A DNA stretch of 62,000 nt, taken from NCBI RefSeq assembly GCF_036321535.1, contig NC_087436.1, positions 18,104,001 through 18,166,000 on the forward strand. The letters are read 5' to 3'. The stretch is from Camelus dromedarius (Eukaryota). The translations under genes and the position numbers were made by a program. The notes beneath the pieces are model-generated. The model did not search any database. It was not told the origin of the DNA and saw only the letters and a list, made by a program, of their open reading frames with translations. Positions 28,860-40,200 of the stretch are shown here, in pieces. The stretch's first letter is position 1. Each line of letters opens with the position of its first letter.

Positions 28860-29325
28860 TTTAATTAAAAAATTTTCAATTGTGATAAAATACTCATAAA
28901 ATTTATCATCTTAACCAGTTTTAACTACATAGTTCAATGATGTCAAATATATTCACATTGTTATGTAAACAAATCCCTACCTCCCCCACCCCCAACCCCT
29001 GGTAACAACCATTCTACTTCCTGTCTCTATGAATTTGACTACTCCAGGTAACTCATATACGTGAACTCATACTGTATTTGGCTTTTTGTGACTGCCTTAT
29101 TTCACATTGCATAATGTCATCAAGGTTCATCCATGTTGTAGCGTGTGTCAGAATATCCTTCCTTTTCTGGGCTAAGTAATATTTCACTGCATGTATGTAC
29201 CACGCTTTGGTTATCATTCATCTGTTGATGGGCACTTGGGTCGCTTCCACCTTCTGGATATTGTTAACAGTGCTGTTATGGACATGATGCACAAATATCT
29301 CTTCAAGACCCTGCTTTCAATTCTT
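28860..29325 (-). mobile_element. L1MB-type 3' end abutting the previous L1
   Basis: ttgtgataaaatac..ataaaatttatcatcttaacc...caaatatctcttcaagaccctgctttcaattc. Confidence 0.8.
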
Positions 29326-31856
29326 GCAGAAATTCTTTAAATAGAAGTTGGCTTGCATTCTCCTTGTTGATGGTCACAGCATGAGGAGTCTCTGGAGGTA
29401 TTCTGGCTAATTCTTTGAGCTCCCAACGTCTCCATAGGCTGGAATGTTATGTGGTTTGGGCTTATCAAATGTCTAGTTCTGTCAGAACAGAACATGAATA
29501 TGATTCCAGGAATGTATTTAGTTTGGGGTAGTAATTTCCCAAATCAGCTGCCTCCAATATGGACCTCCAGATAACTGAGTAACTAAGCTTTTCGAATACT
29601 TTTGTTAGCAGTATTTCGGTAAGCCAGTACTTAAATACCAAAGCAGGAGTGTTCCTTCTGACAGCCACTAGGCAATGGTTTCAGTGGACCATTCTCATAA
29701 TGTGAAATAGAACAACATTGTTAACATTTAATCATGGCAAGAGAACATGAGTTCTTTAGATACAAAAGTTGTTCAGATCTTTTAGCTACAACATTAAGAG
29801 CAGGCAACTAACATACCAATTATTTAAATTGTGAATGCCCTTCCCACTCTGATTTTAATGGGCCTTTTTCTGATTCCTACTCTTATGTGAATAAATTCCA
29901 TTTCCAACCCTAAATTCTCTGGGAAGCCTGGAAAAAAGTATTTTCTAACTCTTTTGATTATTCACTTTTGTTCTAAGTGAATCAGGTTTAGAGATACTAG
30001 ATTATTTTAATATTTTTAAACTATTTCCAAATGGTCTTGTGATTGCAGTTTACTGTAATGGGTGTTCTAAGCAAGGACTGGATGGAGTTTCTATGAAGAC
30101 AATTGGTTTCCTAGTTTGAGAAAAGGACAAAACTATTGAAATGTTTCTCTTCTCTTCTTTTTTTTTTTTAAGAGTTTCTTTGAAAATATTTTAGAACTAT
30201 CATGCTCGTGGATTTTAACTCCAGGTCTTTGGAATTGGACCTGGGTCTCTCTTGGCTGTTGTATTTATTTCTTTGAAAGTGGAGTTTATTCTGTTCCTGC
30301 AAATGAGATGACATTTATAAATGGATAATGTGTGTCCAGGTTCAGAACTAGAGACTGATGACTGTCAGTTATTCAGGTCTGACGTCCACTTTCATACAGG
30401 AATATTTCCTACCCCCAAAATCTCCTGCTTCCTTTACATTAGCCCAGCGGGTTCAAGGGTGACTTTTGCATTTACTTTTATTTTTTAGAAGAATTAAACG
30501 AATTTTCTTTCCCAAAGTAGTCTATATATTTTTTAATCAAAACAAGGTAAGATTATTAAATGAATAAAAGCATGGGGCAGAGTATTTCTGTGAAGTAATG
30601 CTGCAAAATTAATCCCAGTTTCGTGCCAAAAAGACTCTCCTTGTTTCAACTTCTTTGGACATACATTTCTGTGCATTTAATCTAATTGTGCAAAAATGAT
30701 GGGATGTAAGATGTGTTTTTAAGATGGCCTATTTTCTTGAAACTTCAAGCTATATTGAGTACACAGTACTCTTCATTTAGAGAACTCAATTTCACGCCGT
30801 GGCAACGGCAATGGAATTTGAAAACACAAAATCTTGCCACATAATGGGGAGCAAAAAATAATAACATAATAACAAATCATATGAGTACCAGATATCTCTT
30901 TATAGGTGTAGAGAAATACTCTGGAGAAAAGAGCTATAAACAATTGAGCCAGCAGCATGGAGAGAGGAAAAGTCATGTGTCTGGAAGAAAAAAAAAAAAA
31001 ACCCTGGGTTTAGGTACACAGCTACACCATGTGCCTAAATTTCCTTATCATGAGTATGAGGATGATTCTGTACAAAGGATGTGAGAATTGGCGAGACAAA
31101 GTTTAATTTTGGGTACAGTAGGCACTGCATAAATGATAGCTATGAAAATGATGGAGGTTATTCAGAGAATAATACCTCAAGAAAGAGTTAAAGAGATGCT
31201 TTCATGTTGAAGTGACAAAAAGTGCTTTTTTAGGTGTGTTGTTACACATTAACTTTCTAATCTGTTTTCAAGTAGAACCTGAGGTCTCTCTTTAACCTTT
31301 TATCCAGGTGGAGACGTTCTAACTGATAACAGAAACACTTTGACATGGAGGTGTTGAGTTCGCATCCTACTAGGGGCAAGTCATGTCTGCCTTCCTAAAA
31401 ATTTGCATCCTGTCTGGTTTTTCTCTGGATTTACTATCCTATGTAGAAAAATAATAACCAGAACACAGTATTATTCTCCTGGAAAGTCATTTTTAAGAAT
31501 CTGATTATTTCTTAGTCTGTTTTAACCAAAATGATCATTGGTCTCTCAAGAATCTTTATTCTCTCCATGATACCCGCAACAGTGACAAAAGTGGAATGTT
31601 CATACAGTGCTTTGTAATTTAAGGACTTCCATACTGTTGGTCCCTACATCTCTACAAAGCAGGGATTAGGAGTAATTCCTAAATTTACGTATGATAAGCC
31701 GGGATTTCAGAAGTGACACAATGAGCAGCTCACAAAGCCAGCCCGCTGAGGGGCTGGTGGGTTGCGCATCTCCGGGCCCCACTGTGGCAAAGCCAGAGGT
31801 GCCGGTTCTACCTTCAGCACAGAGGAGCTGAGGGGATCAAATGCTCAGTAGTGCGC

Positions 31857-32421
31857 TTTTTTTTTTTTTTTGGAAACAAAGTTTATTCTAGGGAGAGCAA
31901 CTCACTGAGAGATAAAAAGCCATTTTAAAATTTATATATATGTACTGTTCATTGTTTCTAAGAACAATTTAGAGCTTTAGCTTTTTAAAGTTACATAGTT
32001 ATCAGAGGAATAAAGCCAACTACAAAATAAGAATCAACAGAATGTGGTAATCCAATCATAAAGGGCAGTCAGGTGGGCTTACTCATATTCAAGAAATCAG
32101 TCATCTAAGTTATAAATAATTAGTTCATTTAAGTCTATTTTTTTAGGTTTCCACATATGAGTGATATCATATGGCATTTTTCTTTCTCTTTCTGGCTTAC
32201 TTAGAATGACCATCTCCAGGTCCATATGTGTTGCTGCAAATGGCATTATTTTGTTATTTTTTATGGCTGAGTAATATTCCATTTTACACATGTGCGCGCG
32301 CGCGCACACACACACACACACACACAGATACCACATCTTCTTTATTCAGTCATCTGTCGATGGACATTTGGGATGCTTCCCTGTCTTGGCTATTGTAAAT
32401 AGTGCTGCTGTTGAACGTTGG
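31857..32421 (-). mobile_element. Chimeric retro-insertion: L1 fragment (about 32115-32421) plus non-L1 polyadenylated sequence (31872 to about 32114)
   Basis: T15 at 31857-31871, TTTATT at 31882-31887; TSD agtgcgcttttt (31850-31861) and agtgcacttttt (32422-32433) followed by AA. Confidence 0.75.
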
Positions 32422-32813
32422 AGTGCACTTTTTAAACAACAGAGGGTCAAATGTGTGTCATGTTATATTCCACAGATGTCCTGGTTTGCAATCTACTACA
32501 CCCCATTTTACAATCTAAATCTCTCGTTTTTTGGAGAAGCTTTTCATGAGCTTCACAGATGCCTTATCTCTTGCATGAGCCATTTGCTTTTACTTTCTGT
32601 AAAGGTTCAGTATTACCTCTCTCTCATCATGGTTCTCATATGCGTATGTGTATGTGTGGCATTCATTTTGTTGTCTTCACTTATCCTCTTTCCTTGTTTC
32701 TTCTCTGTCATTCATTCATGAAATATTTTGGAGCAAAGATGGACACATGGCACTTGTCTAGCATACTCTGACATTCACAAAGGTTTAGTCAGACACATGT
32801 CTTGCCTTTTAAG

Positions 32814-33367
32814 AACAGATGAATGGATAAAGAACATGTGATATAGAGATACATACACACACACACACACACACACAATGGAATACTACTCAGTCATAAA
32901 AATGAAATAATGCAATTTGCATTAATATGGATGGACATAGAGATTATCTTATTAAGTGAAGTAAGTCAGATGGAGAAAGACAAATATTGTATGGTATCAC
33001 TTATTTATGGGATCTTAAAAATATGATACAAATTTTATTTACAAACTGAAAGTAGACTCACAAACATAGAAAACAAATTATGGTTACCAAAGGGGAAAGG
33101 GCAGGGGGAGGAATAAATTAGAAGTTTTGAGATTAACAGATAACACACTACTATATATAAAATAGATAAACAACAAGGACCTGCTGTATAGAACAGGAAA
33201 CTATATTCAATTTCTTGTAATAACATAATGAAAAAGGAATCTGAAATATATATATATATATGTATAACTGAATTGCTTTGCTGTACACCTGAAACTAACA
33301 CTGTAAATCAACTATACTTCAATAAAAAATTAAAAAAAAATCTTAGTGTATGTTAAAAAAAAAAAAA
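32814..33367 (+). mobile_element. 5'-truncated L1 3'UTR with a double A-tail
   Basis: aacagatgaatggataaag...atggaatactactcag...caataaaaa; inserted at a tttt/aag site within an L2-like relic. Confidence 0.88.
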
Positions 33368-33841
33368 GCTTCTAGTTAGCAATCAGAATGGTGCTACTGA
33401 ACTGGGCCTTTTTTTCCCTCTAAACACATAGAATTTTGCATTTTAAAAAGTCTTAAATATATAACCAAGCTCAAAAGAAGAAAAAAAAAAAAAACAGGTT
33501 GCAAGAACAGGGAATGCACAGCCAGAGTGGTTTAACTTGGAGCTAAATCTACACTTGGCCCACAAACTATTGGATGTAGAAAAAGGCTTTAGGGGTGGGT
33601 CTTAGAACACAAACAGGAACAGGAGACAAGAATGTAGACTCCAGCAAGGCTGTGGCCTGAAGTGGTGCCCTGTGCACAAAGCCAGGCTCAGCAAAGGTTT
33701 TACTGTCTGCTAACAAGGACAGGATAGCGTAAGCCAGCCAGCCAGCCAGACCAGGTTCACGGCAAGGAAGGTGAAAGAAATAAGAAATACAGACCTGCAC
33801 CATATCAAGTGTGGAGTCTAAATTTAAACCTCACAAGTCTT

Positions 33842-33912
33842 GGGGGAGGGTATAGCTCAGTGGTAGAGTGCACGCTTAGCCTCATCCCCAGTACCTCCAT
33901 TAACATACACAC

Positions 33913-33952
<40 letters not shown>

Positions 33953-33955
33953 TCT
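33842..33955 (+). mobile_element. Vic-1-like SINE with an internal deletion removing most of the B box; tail converted to (CA)n(CG)n(CA)n
   Basis: gggggagggtatagctcagtggtagagtgcacgcttagc joined via ctc to atccccagtacctcc. Confidence 0.82.
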
Positions 33956-34725
33956 ACACAAGCTTTGCGAAAAGCATTTAAGCTGAGAAATTAGCATAAA
34001 GCTGGTCCAGGACAAGTGAAATACTTAACACCCCTGATGGTTATCAATGCCGAACCTTCCTATAGAGTCCCTTCCACAAGACAGTGCCCCTGGGATTCAT
34101 CCAGAAAACAATATTTGCGAAATAATACATGTTAGATTTGCATATTGGCATCCCCAAAAATGGATGTAAAAAATTTGAGGAAACTATAAAATAAACATGT
34201 TAAAAGCATTAAGAGATACAACAGGTAAAGTGTAATTTAGAGAAAGGAGATATAATAACCAAAAAGTAAGAAGTATCTCATGGAAAATAGCAGGAATGGT
34301 TAAGAACTACATAGAACATTTCTAGGCATGTAGACACGAAAAACATTAAACTTAAAACACTGTAAGAATTAAACAGATTAGACACAGAAAAAAAAATATT
34401 AGAAAGTAGATCTGAGCAAATCACCTAGAATGCAGTACTGATAGAAGGAAAAATAGAAACTGTGAAAGGGAGGTTAATGTGGAAGACACAGTGTGAAGGT
34501 CCAAAACACAGTTAATAGGAGCCCAAAAAGGAAAAATAGCAGGAATGGAGGAGGGGTGGTATTTGAAGAAATGATGTCTGAGAACATTTCAGAACTGAAG
34601 ACATACCTACACCTTCACATCAAATAAGGATACTGAGTTCTGAGCAGGAGAAATGGAGTCAGTCTGCACCTAGGTCCTTCACACTGAAACTGCAGACATC
34701 AAAAATAAATGGCTGGGATGGGTGA

Positions 34726-34866
34726 GGGGGAGATGTATAGCTCAGTGGTAGAGTGTGTGTGCCTAGCCAGGTACTGGATCAATCCCCAGTACCTCCATTT
34801 AAAAAAACTAACTAAATAAAATCTAATTACCTCCCCCTTTTAAAAAATAAAATTAAAAAGGAAAAA
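34726..34866 (+). mobile_element. Vic-1-like SINE, diverged, nested in the old L1
   Basis: gggggagatgtatagctcagtggtagag...atccccagtacctcc...ctaattacctccccc. Confidence 0.82.
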
Positions 34867-35531
34867 ATTTTAAGCCACCAGAGAGAAAATGCAGGTGCCC
34901 TACCTATCAAAAACATTGGCAGTTCCACTAACAAGAAATTTCCCCAAAGCAGCAGTGAAAGCCAGCTGTAGTGGAATACTATCTTCAAAGTACTGAGGGA
35001 AATTACCTGTCACACTAGAAATCTTTAATGTTTTAAACTGTCATTCAGGAATGAAGATAAAATAAAGACACTTGTAGGCAAATGAAGACTGAAAGATTTG
35101 AACATTCAGTGACTGAATGCTGCAGAAAGAATTACCAAAAAAAAAAAAATTCTTCAATAAGTAATAAATGGAATCCAGTAATACAGTATAGAGTGCAAGA
35201 AACTGTGGTGATCGGAGAAACACATTAGTAACTCTAAACAGATATGGGGTATGGATGTGTAAGAGAGGAAGAAACTAATTTCGGGGGGATTTGAAAATAA
35301 GCTGAAATTTAAATACTAAAGATGTGGAAGGAAGATGGGGCACAGACCAAAGATGAAGGACTCTGAGTATTTTTTTCTGTTCCATGGAAAAGCTATCAAC
35401 TAACTTTAGACTTTAAGTATGCAAGTTTATAACTTAATAATTATTTTAAGGGGAAAAATAGAATGTATACCTTCTAAATCCAGTAGAGGAACAAAGAAGG
35501 TTTAAAAAAAAAAAAAAAAAGAGCTGCACCC

Positions 35532-35855
35532 GGGGAGATATGTCACAAAGACAGATACCCAGATTTCTGTATTTAAAACTGTGGCTATCAGAAGGGAAGG
35601 GATGGAGAGGAATAGATTAGGAGTTCGGGATCAACAGATACACATTACTATATATATAATAGATAAACAACAAGGACCTGCTGTATAGCACAGGGAACTT
35701 GATTCAATACCTTGTAATAGCCTGTAATGAAAAAGAATATGAAAAGAAAGTGTGTGCGTGTGTGTGTGTATATATATATGAATCGCTTTGCTGTGCACCT
35801 AAACTAACATTGTAAACTGACTATACTTTGATAAAAAAAAATAAAAATTTTTTTA
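35532..35855 (+). mobile_element. Lineage L1 3' end nested in the old L1
   Basis: Body similar to 33080-33340; degenerate TSD aaaaagagctgcaccc (35516-35531) and aaaaggagctggatcc (35856-35871). Confidence 0.82.
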
Positions 35856-37672
35856 AAAAGGAGCTGGATCCATCTTAAAAGGAAGGAAAATAGAAAGAAA
35901 GAAGGAAAGGAGGGGAGAGAGTTAAAATGGCAGAAAAAACCCAAATATATTAGTGATCATGATAAATGAAAACAGATTAAACTGAGCTATTATAATACAG
36001 TGACACTTAGTTTTTTTAATCCAGCTTTTTGTTGTTTATAAACAACATGTGTGAAATATAATTATGTGGGGAATTTGAAAACAAGGAATTTTTTTACAAG
36101 GGCATTCCAGGCAAATCCTAAAGAGAGAGCATAAGAAAGAGACAGAAAGGAAGAACCGGGGGGAGGGAATAAAGAAGGAATAATATTAACACAATATTAA
36201 CATCAGACAAAATTTTTAAGGCAAATAATATTATGAATAAAGAGGCGATTAGTGATAGGAGAAAAAAAAATGCTTAAAGAGGATAAATATGTGAAGAGAC
36301 AAATCACCAAAGAAGAGACCCAAGTTGTTCAGAAAGCACGTGAAGAAATGTTCTTGTGATGGTGGAAATGCAAATAAAAGCAACAGTGGGGCCACCCTTT
36401 CAACCCCCCGTCAGACGGCAGAAAAATGTAAATTGGATAATGACACGTATTGGTGGGATGTGGGAATCATCTCATCTACTAGTGGGAATGTAAGCAGATG
36501 TGCACACATCTGTGACTCAGCAGTTCTATTTTTGTCCTGTATCCTAGAGAAATGCCCAAGAATGTCCCTAGGGCATCATCTCTAATAGCAGTAAAGAGGA
36601 AACAACCCAGGTGTCCATCCAGAGTGGAATGGATGAGTAAACCGTGATGTATTCAAACAAATAAAACTCGCCCCAGCGAGAATGGCTTGGCTTAGCGTTA
36701 CCTGTGTTAAAATGGATGCATCGCAGAATTGCAGCGTTGAATAAAAAGAAATTGCAGAGGGATGTGCAAATCTAATTTCAAGTTGACAGAAGACAAAGCA
36801 GTCCTGTGTACTGTTTTATCCATACATACGCGTGTGTAAAATAGACACATTGGGGAAGAAATGATCTCCCAAAGAGGGTGGCTCCCTTCTCAAATGAGGA
36901 GGATGAATGGGGACCTGGAGGGAGACAGAGTAGGTCTGAACTCAGCCATGTTTAATTTTTAAAGATCTGCAGCGAATATGGCAAAGATATTAGCATTTAT
37001 TTATACTGTTAACCCTGGAGGGTGGACCCACAGGCTCCTGCTTTTATTCTCTGTGTGTGTTGGTGCGTGCGTGTATGTTTTAAAAATATTTCCTTAATTA
37101 AAAATAGCTTCCAGCTTACTATGGGAAAGGAAAGACATGGAGCAGTAATACCAAGCAGAATGCTCTGTGTTCCTCGACGGGTTCTTTACAAAGCGCTTTC
37201 AGGCTGGAGATGAGAGAGATTTCTGCCGTTTGAACCCAGGAGTGCATCCTGGAAGAGGTGTCACAGGGTTGCTTTCCTACAGACCTGCCTTCAGTCACTC
37301 TTAGAAATAGATCAGCCGTCCTAGCCTGCTTTTCCACCTTCGTCAAGTCCTGTCCCGTTTCTCACTAGTCGTCTCTGTTTCACTGATTATTCTCATCATC
37401 GTAAAACAGTACTTACCCAGGCCTCCCAGGACATTTTTATTACTTTGAGGGAAAACATCTGAAAAGCTAAATGACACCTTGCTTACTTCTCACAGAAAGA
37501 CAGTAATGATGCCTGTTGTCATATGATGTGTGTTTTTATGGAAACCTGTGGATTGGGTGCTCGGGGGGTTGTTTGAATGGACACATGTAGGTATCGTGCA
37601 AACCCCCAAGTCACTTTCTCCCTTAAGCAGGGAGATTCTGTTTGAGGCTCTCACCTTTTTAAATGTTGTCTC

Positions 37673-37840
37673 TTTTTTTTTTTAAATTTTTATTTATTTT
37701 ATTATTATTGGGGGAGGAAGGGAGGTAATTAGGTTTGTTTGTTTGTTTGTTTGTTTGTTGAATGGCGGTACCGGGGATTGAACCCAGGACCTCGTGCATG
37801 CTAAGCATGCACTCTACCACTTGCGCTATACCCTCCCCCC
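37673..37840 (-). mobile_element. Well-preserved Vic-1-like SINE, antisense, about 300 nt upstream of exon 7
   Basis: Reverse complement reads ggggagggtatagcgcaagtggtagagtgcatgcttagcatgcacgaggtcctgggttcaatccccggtacc, then (CAAA)n, cctaattacctccc and an A-tail. Confidence 0.92.
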
Positions 37841-38049
37841 CCACCCCGTTACCACTTTTGACATGAAATGAAATAATGGCATGCGTTGAAAAAGGTTGGT
37901 TTCAGTACTTCTGATGCATTCTCAGAGGGTGCACTTGAACGAGCTGGCTGTGTCGGTCCAGACGCAGTTTACCAATCCCCATGCGAGGCAGCTAATGTGT
38001 CTCTCCAGTGCTCGCTTGCTCCACATCGAAGCCAGAAGCAGACCTGTGA

Positions 38050-38322
<273 letters not shown>

Positions 38323-38479
38323 TAGGAGAGCAGCCTATTTATAGTGTCAGGTAGTTGCTATAAAAAAAAATAAATAAATAAATAATAATAATAATAATAA
38401 TAAGGAGGTGGGAGGAGGGCTTTGGTGTTTGATGAACCAAGTCACTTGCAGAGTGTGAAGGACCGAAGGGCATCTGCCT

Positions 38480-40200
38480 TGATTCCTTCATCCGTCCAAC
38501 CACGGAGCCTTTGTTCAGTGTCTGTTATGTGTATGGTGGGGCGGGGCAGTTCAGGAACCCCGGTGAATGAGGCACGGTCTCAACCCCCAGGCAGTTTTAC
38601 CGCAAGATAAATTCCAAGGTAATTTTAATACATTGTGGAAAGGGATTGTCTACCATGATGCAGAGAAGGAATGTCATGGGGGCTCAGAGAAGGGAAGAGC
38701 ATGCTCCATTCTGGGCCTCGGGGAGGGATTTGTGACACAGCTGCATCTTGGAGAGTGTTGCCAGGGTGAGGGGTTGCATCTGAGGCGCGAGCTGGCCTTC
38801 CCGGCCAGGAAGGGCGCGAGGGAGCGTGGCAGTGGGGCCAAGTGGACCAAGGCAATAGCCCTTGGTTCTGGGGTATTATTTTGCCTGTTAATGTTTTAAT
38901 TTTTTATCTTATTTATGTATTAATTTTTCAAGGCGCTTCGGGTCGTGTTGGGTTGTGGAGGAGAGGGGAATAAGGTTGGGATGTAGATTGGACCAGGAGA
39001 TTCATGCCCCTTGAAGACATCTGGTGTTTATCAGGCGAGCTGAGGGGTGGGGTGCCAGAGGCTCTGAGCGGGGTGGGGTGGGGGTGACGTGATCAGAGCC
39101 GTACTTCATGGCTTGATGAAGATGTATCTGGCAGTAGACTGGATGGAAAGGGAACAGAAAGGAGAGGGAGAGAGGCAAAGACAGAGAATTTAGCCAGACT
39201 GGAGGCACAGAGACCTGCTGTGAGGCTGTTAACAAGTCTGGATGGTGATGGTCTGGTCAGTGGTGTGATGGGCAGCAGCAAATGCATTCAAGCAACACCG
39301 CAGACTTGGCCTTGGCCACTGACTAGAAGAGGAGAGGAAAATGGTCTGGGTCAGAAGTGACCCGGGTTCAGAGCGCGGAGAAACGACTGGGATGGTAGTA
39401 GTGTTAACCCTTAAGAGAACTGTGCTAATGTTGGGACTTTGAGCAGATTTTGTGGAGCATAAAATGACTCGTCTTTCGGATGGGTTCATTTTCAGAGGCA
39501 ACCTAATAAAGACACCGAAAGAGGGGGAAACTGGGGGACTTGAACTCAGAGGACAGGTTTGGGTATTGAGATACATACCTGAAATTAACCTTGTAGAAAA
39601 TTGGAGTCTAAACTCGAATGGCAAGTGGGGTGCCATGGCACAGAGAGAAGAAAGATCCAGCTGAGTCCACGAAAGGAGGATGGCCAAGGCTGAGGGACAG
39701 ACGGAACTGCCAGTGAGGCAGAGAAACGCGGAGAGAGGGCAGTGATGGAAGCCAAGAGTTAAAGGTTTCCAAAGGGGCATGACTAACAGCATAGCTTCCA
39801 GGGAAAGCTGAGAGCGCTGACAGCAGCCTGCTGGGGTTGACCAGACAGCCAGGGACTTGCAGATTGATGGGAAGCTTTTTTAGGCAGCTGGAACCCAGGA
39901 TGAGAGGGGAAACGTTGATGGCATAAGGTGCCAGAAGGGACAAGGGAGGGCAGGATTAGCTTGGCGAGGATGCCGAGTGCTTCTGCACAGGCCAAACGGA
40001 AGGGTAGGGCTCTGAAGGAGCCCCCCTCCGCTGAGGGTGGGACCAAGAATGATGGCAGGAGGCAGGATGGAGAGGAAGTCTCAGAGCCAGGTGTCGTGGC
40101 CACTTAGAAAACTGAGACGTGTTCTGGATATCAAGGACGCTGGGGCAAGTGGTGTGGGCTTCAAAGGAGGAGAGGTTGTTGAGTGACCACCTGGAAGCCG
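38480..40200 (-). mobile_element. Fragmented L2 relic
   Basis: Purine-rich plus strand with L2-like motifs (tctggcagtagactggatggaaagg...gagacctgctgtgaggctgtt...ggatggtgatgg). Confidence 0.55.

Larger units (their letters stand above)
34150..37000 (+). mobile_element. Ancient L1ME/HAL1-like element: ORF1 relic, start of ORF2 and 3' end
   Basis: ORF1-like motifs (atttgaagaaatgatgtctgagaacatttcagaactgaag; gtggaatactatcttcaaagtactgaggga), endonuclease-start-like motifs near 35940-36240, and 3' motifs (ggaaatgcaaataaaagcaac; aacaacccaggtgtccatc). Confidence 0.65.

Noticed and set aside
37762..37835. tRNA-Ala(AGC)-like gene (also 991, 1363, 7600, 33842, 34726)
   Set aside because: Extra 5' G-rich leader, shared non-tRNA 3' body, A-rich tails and TSDs at some copies identify these as SINEs.
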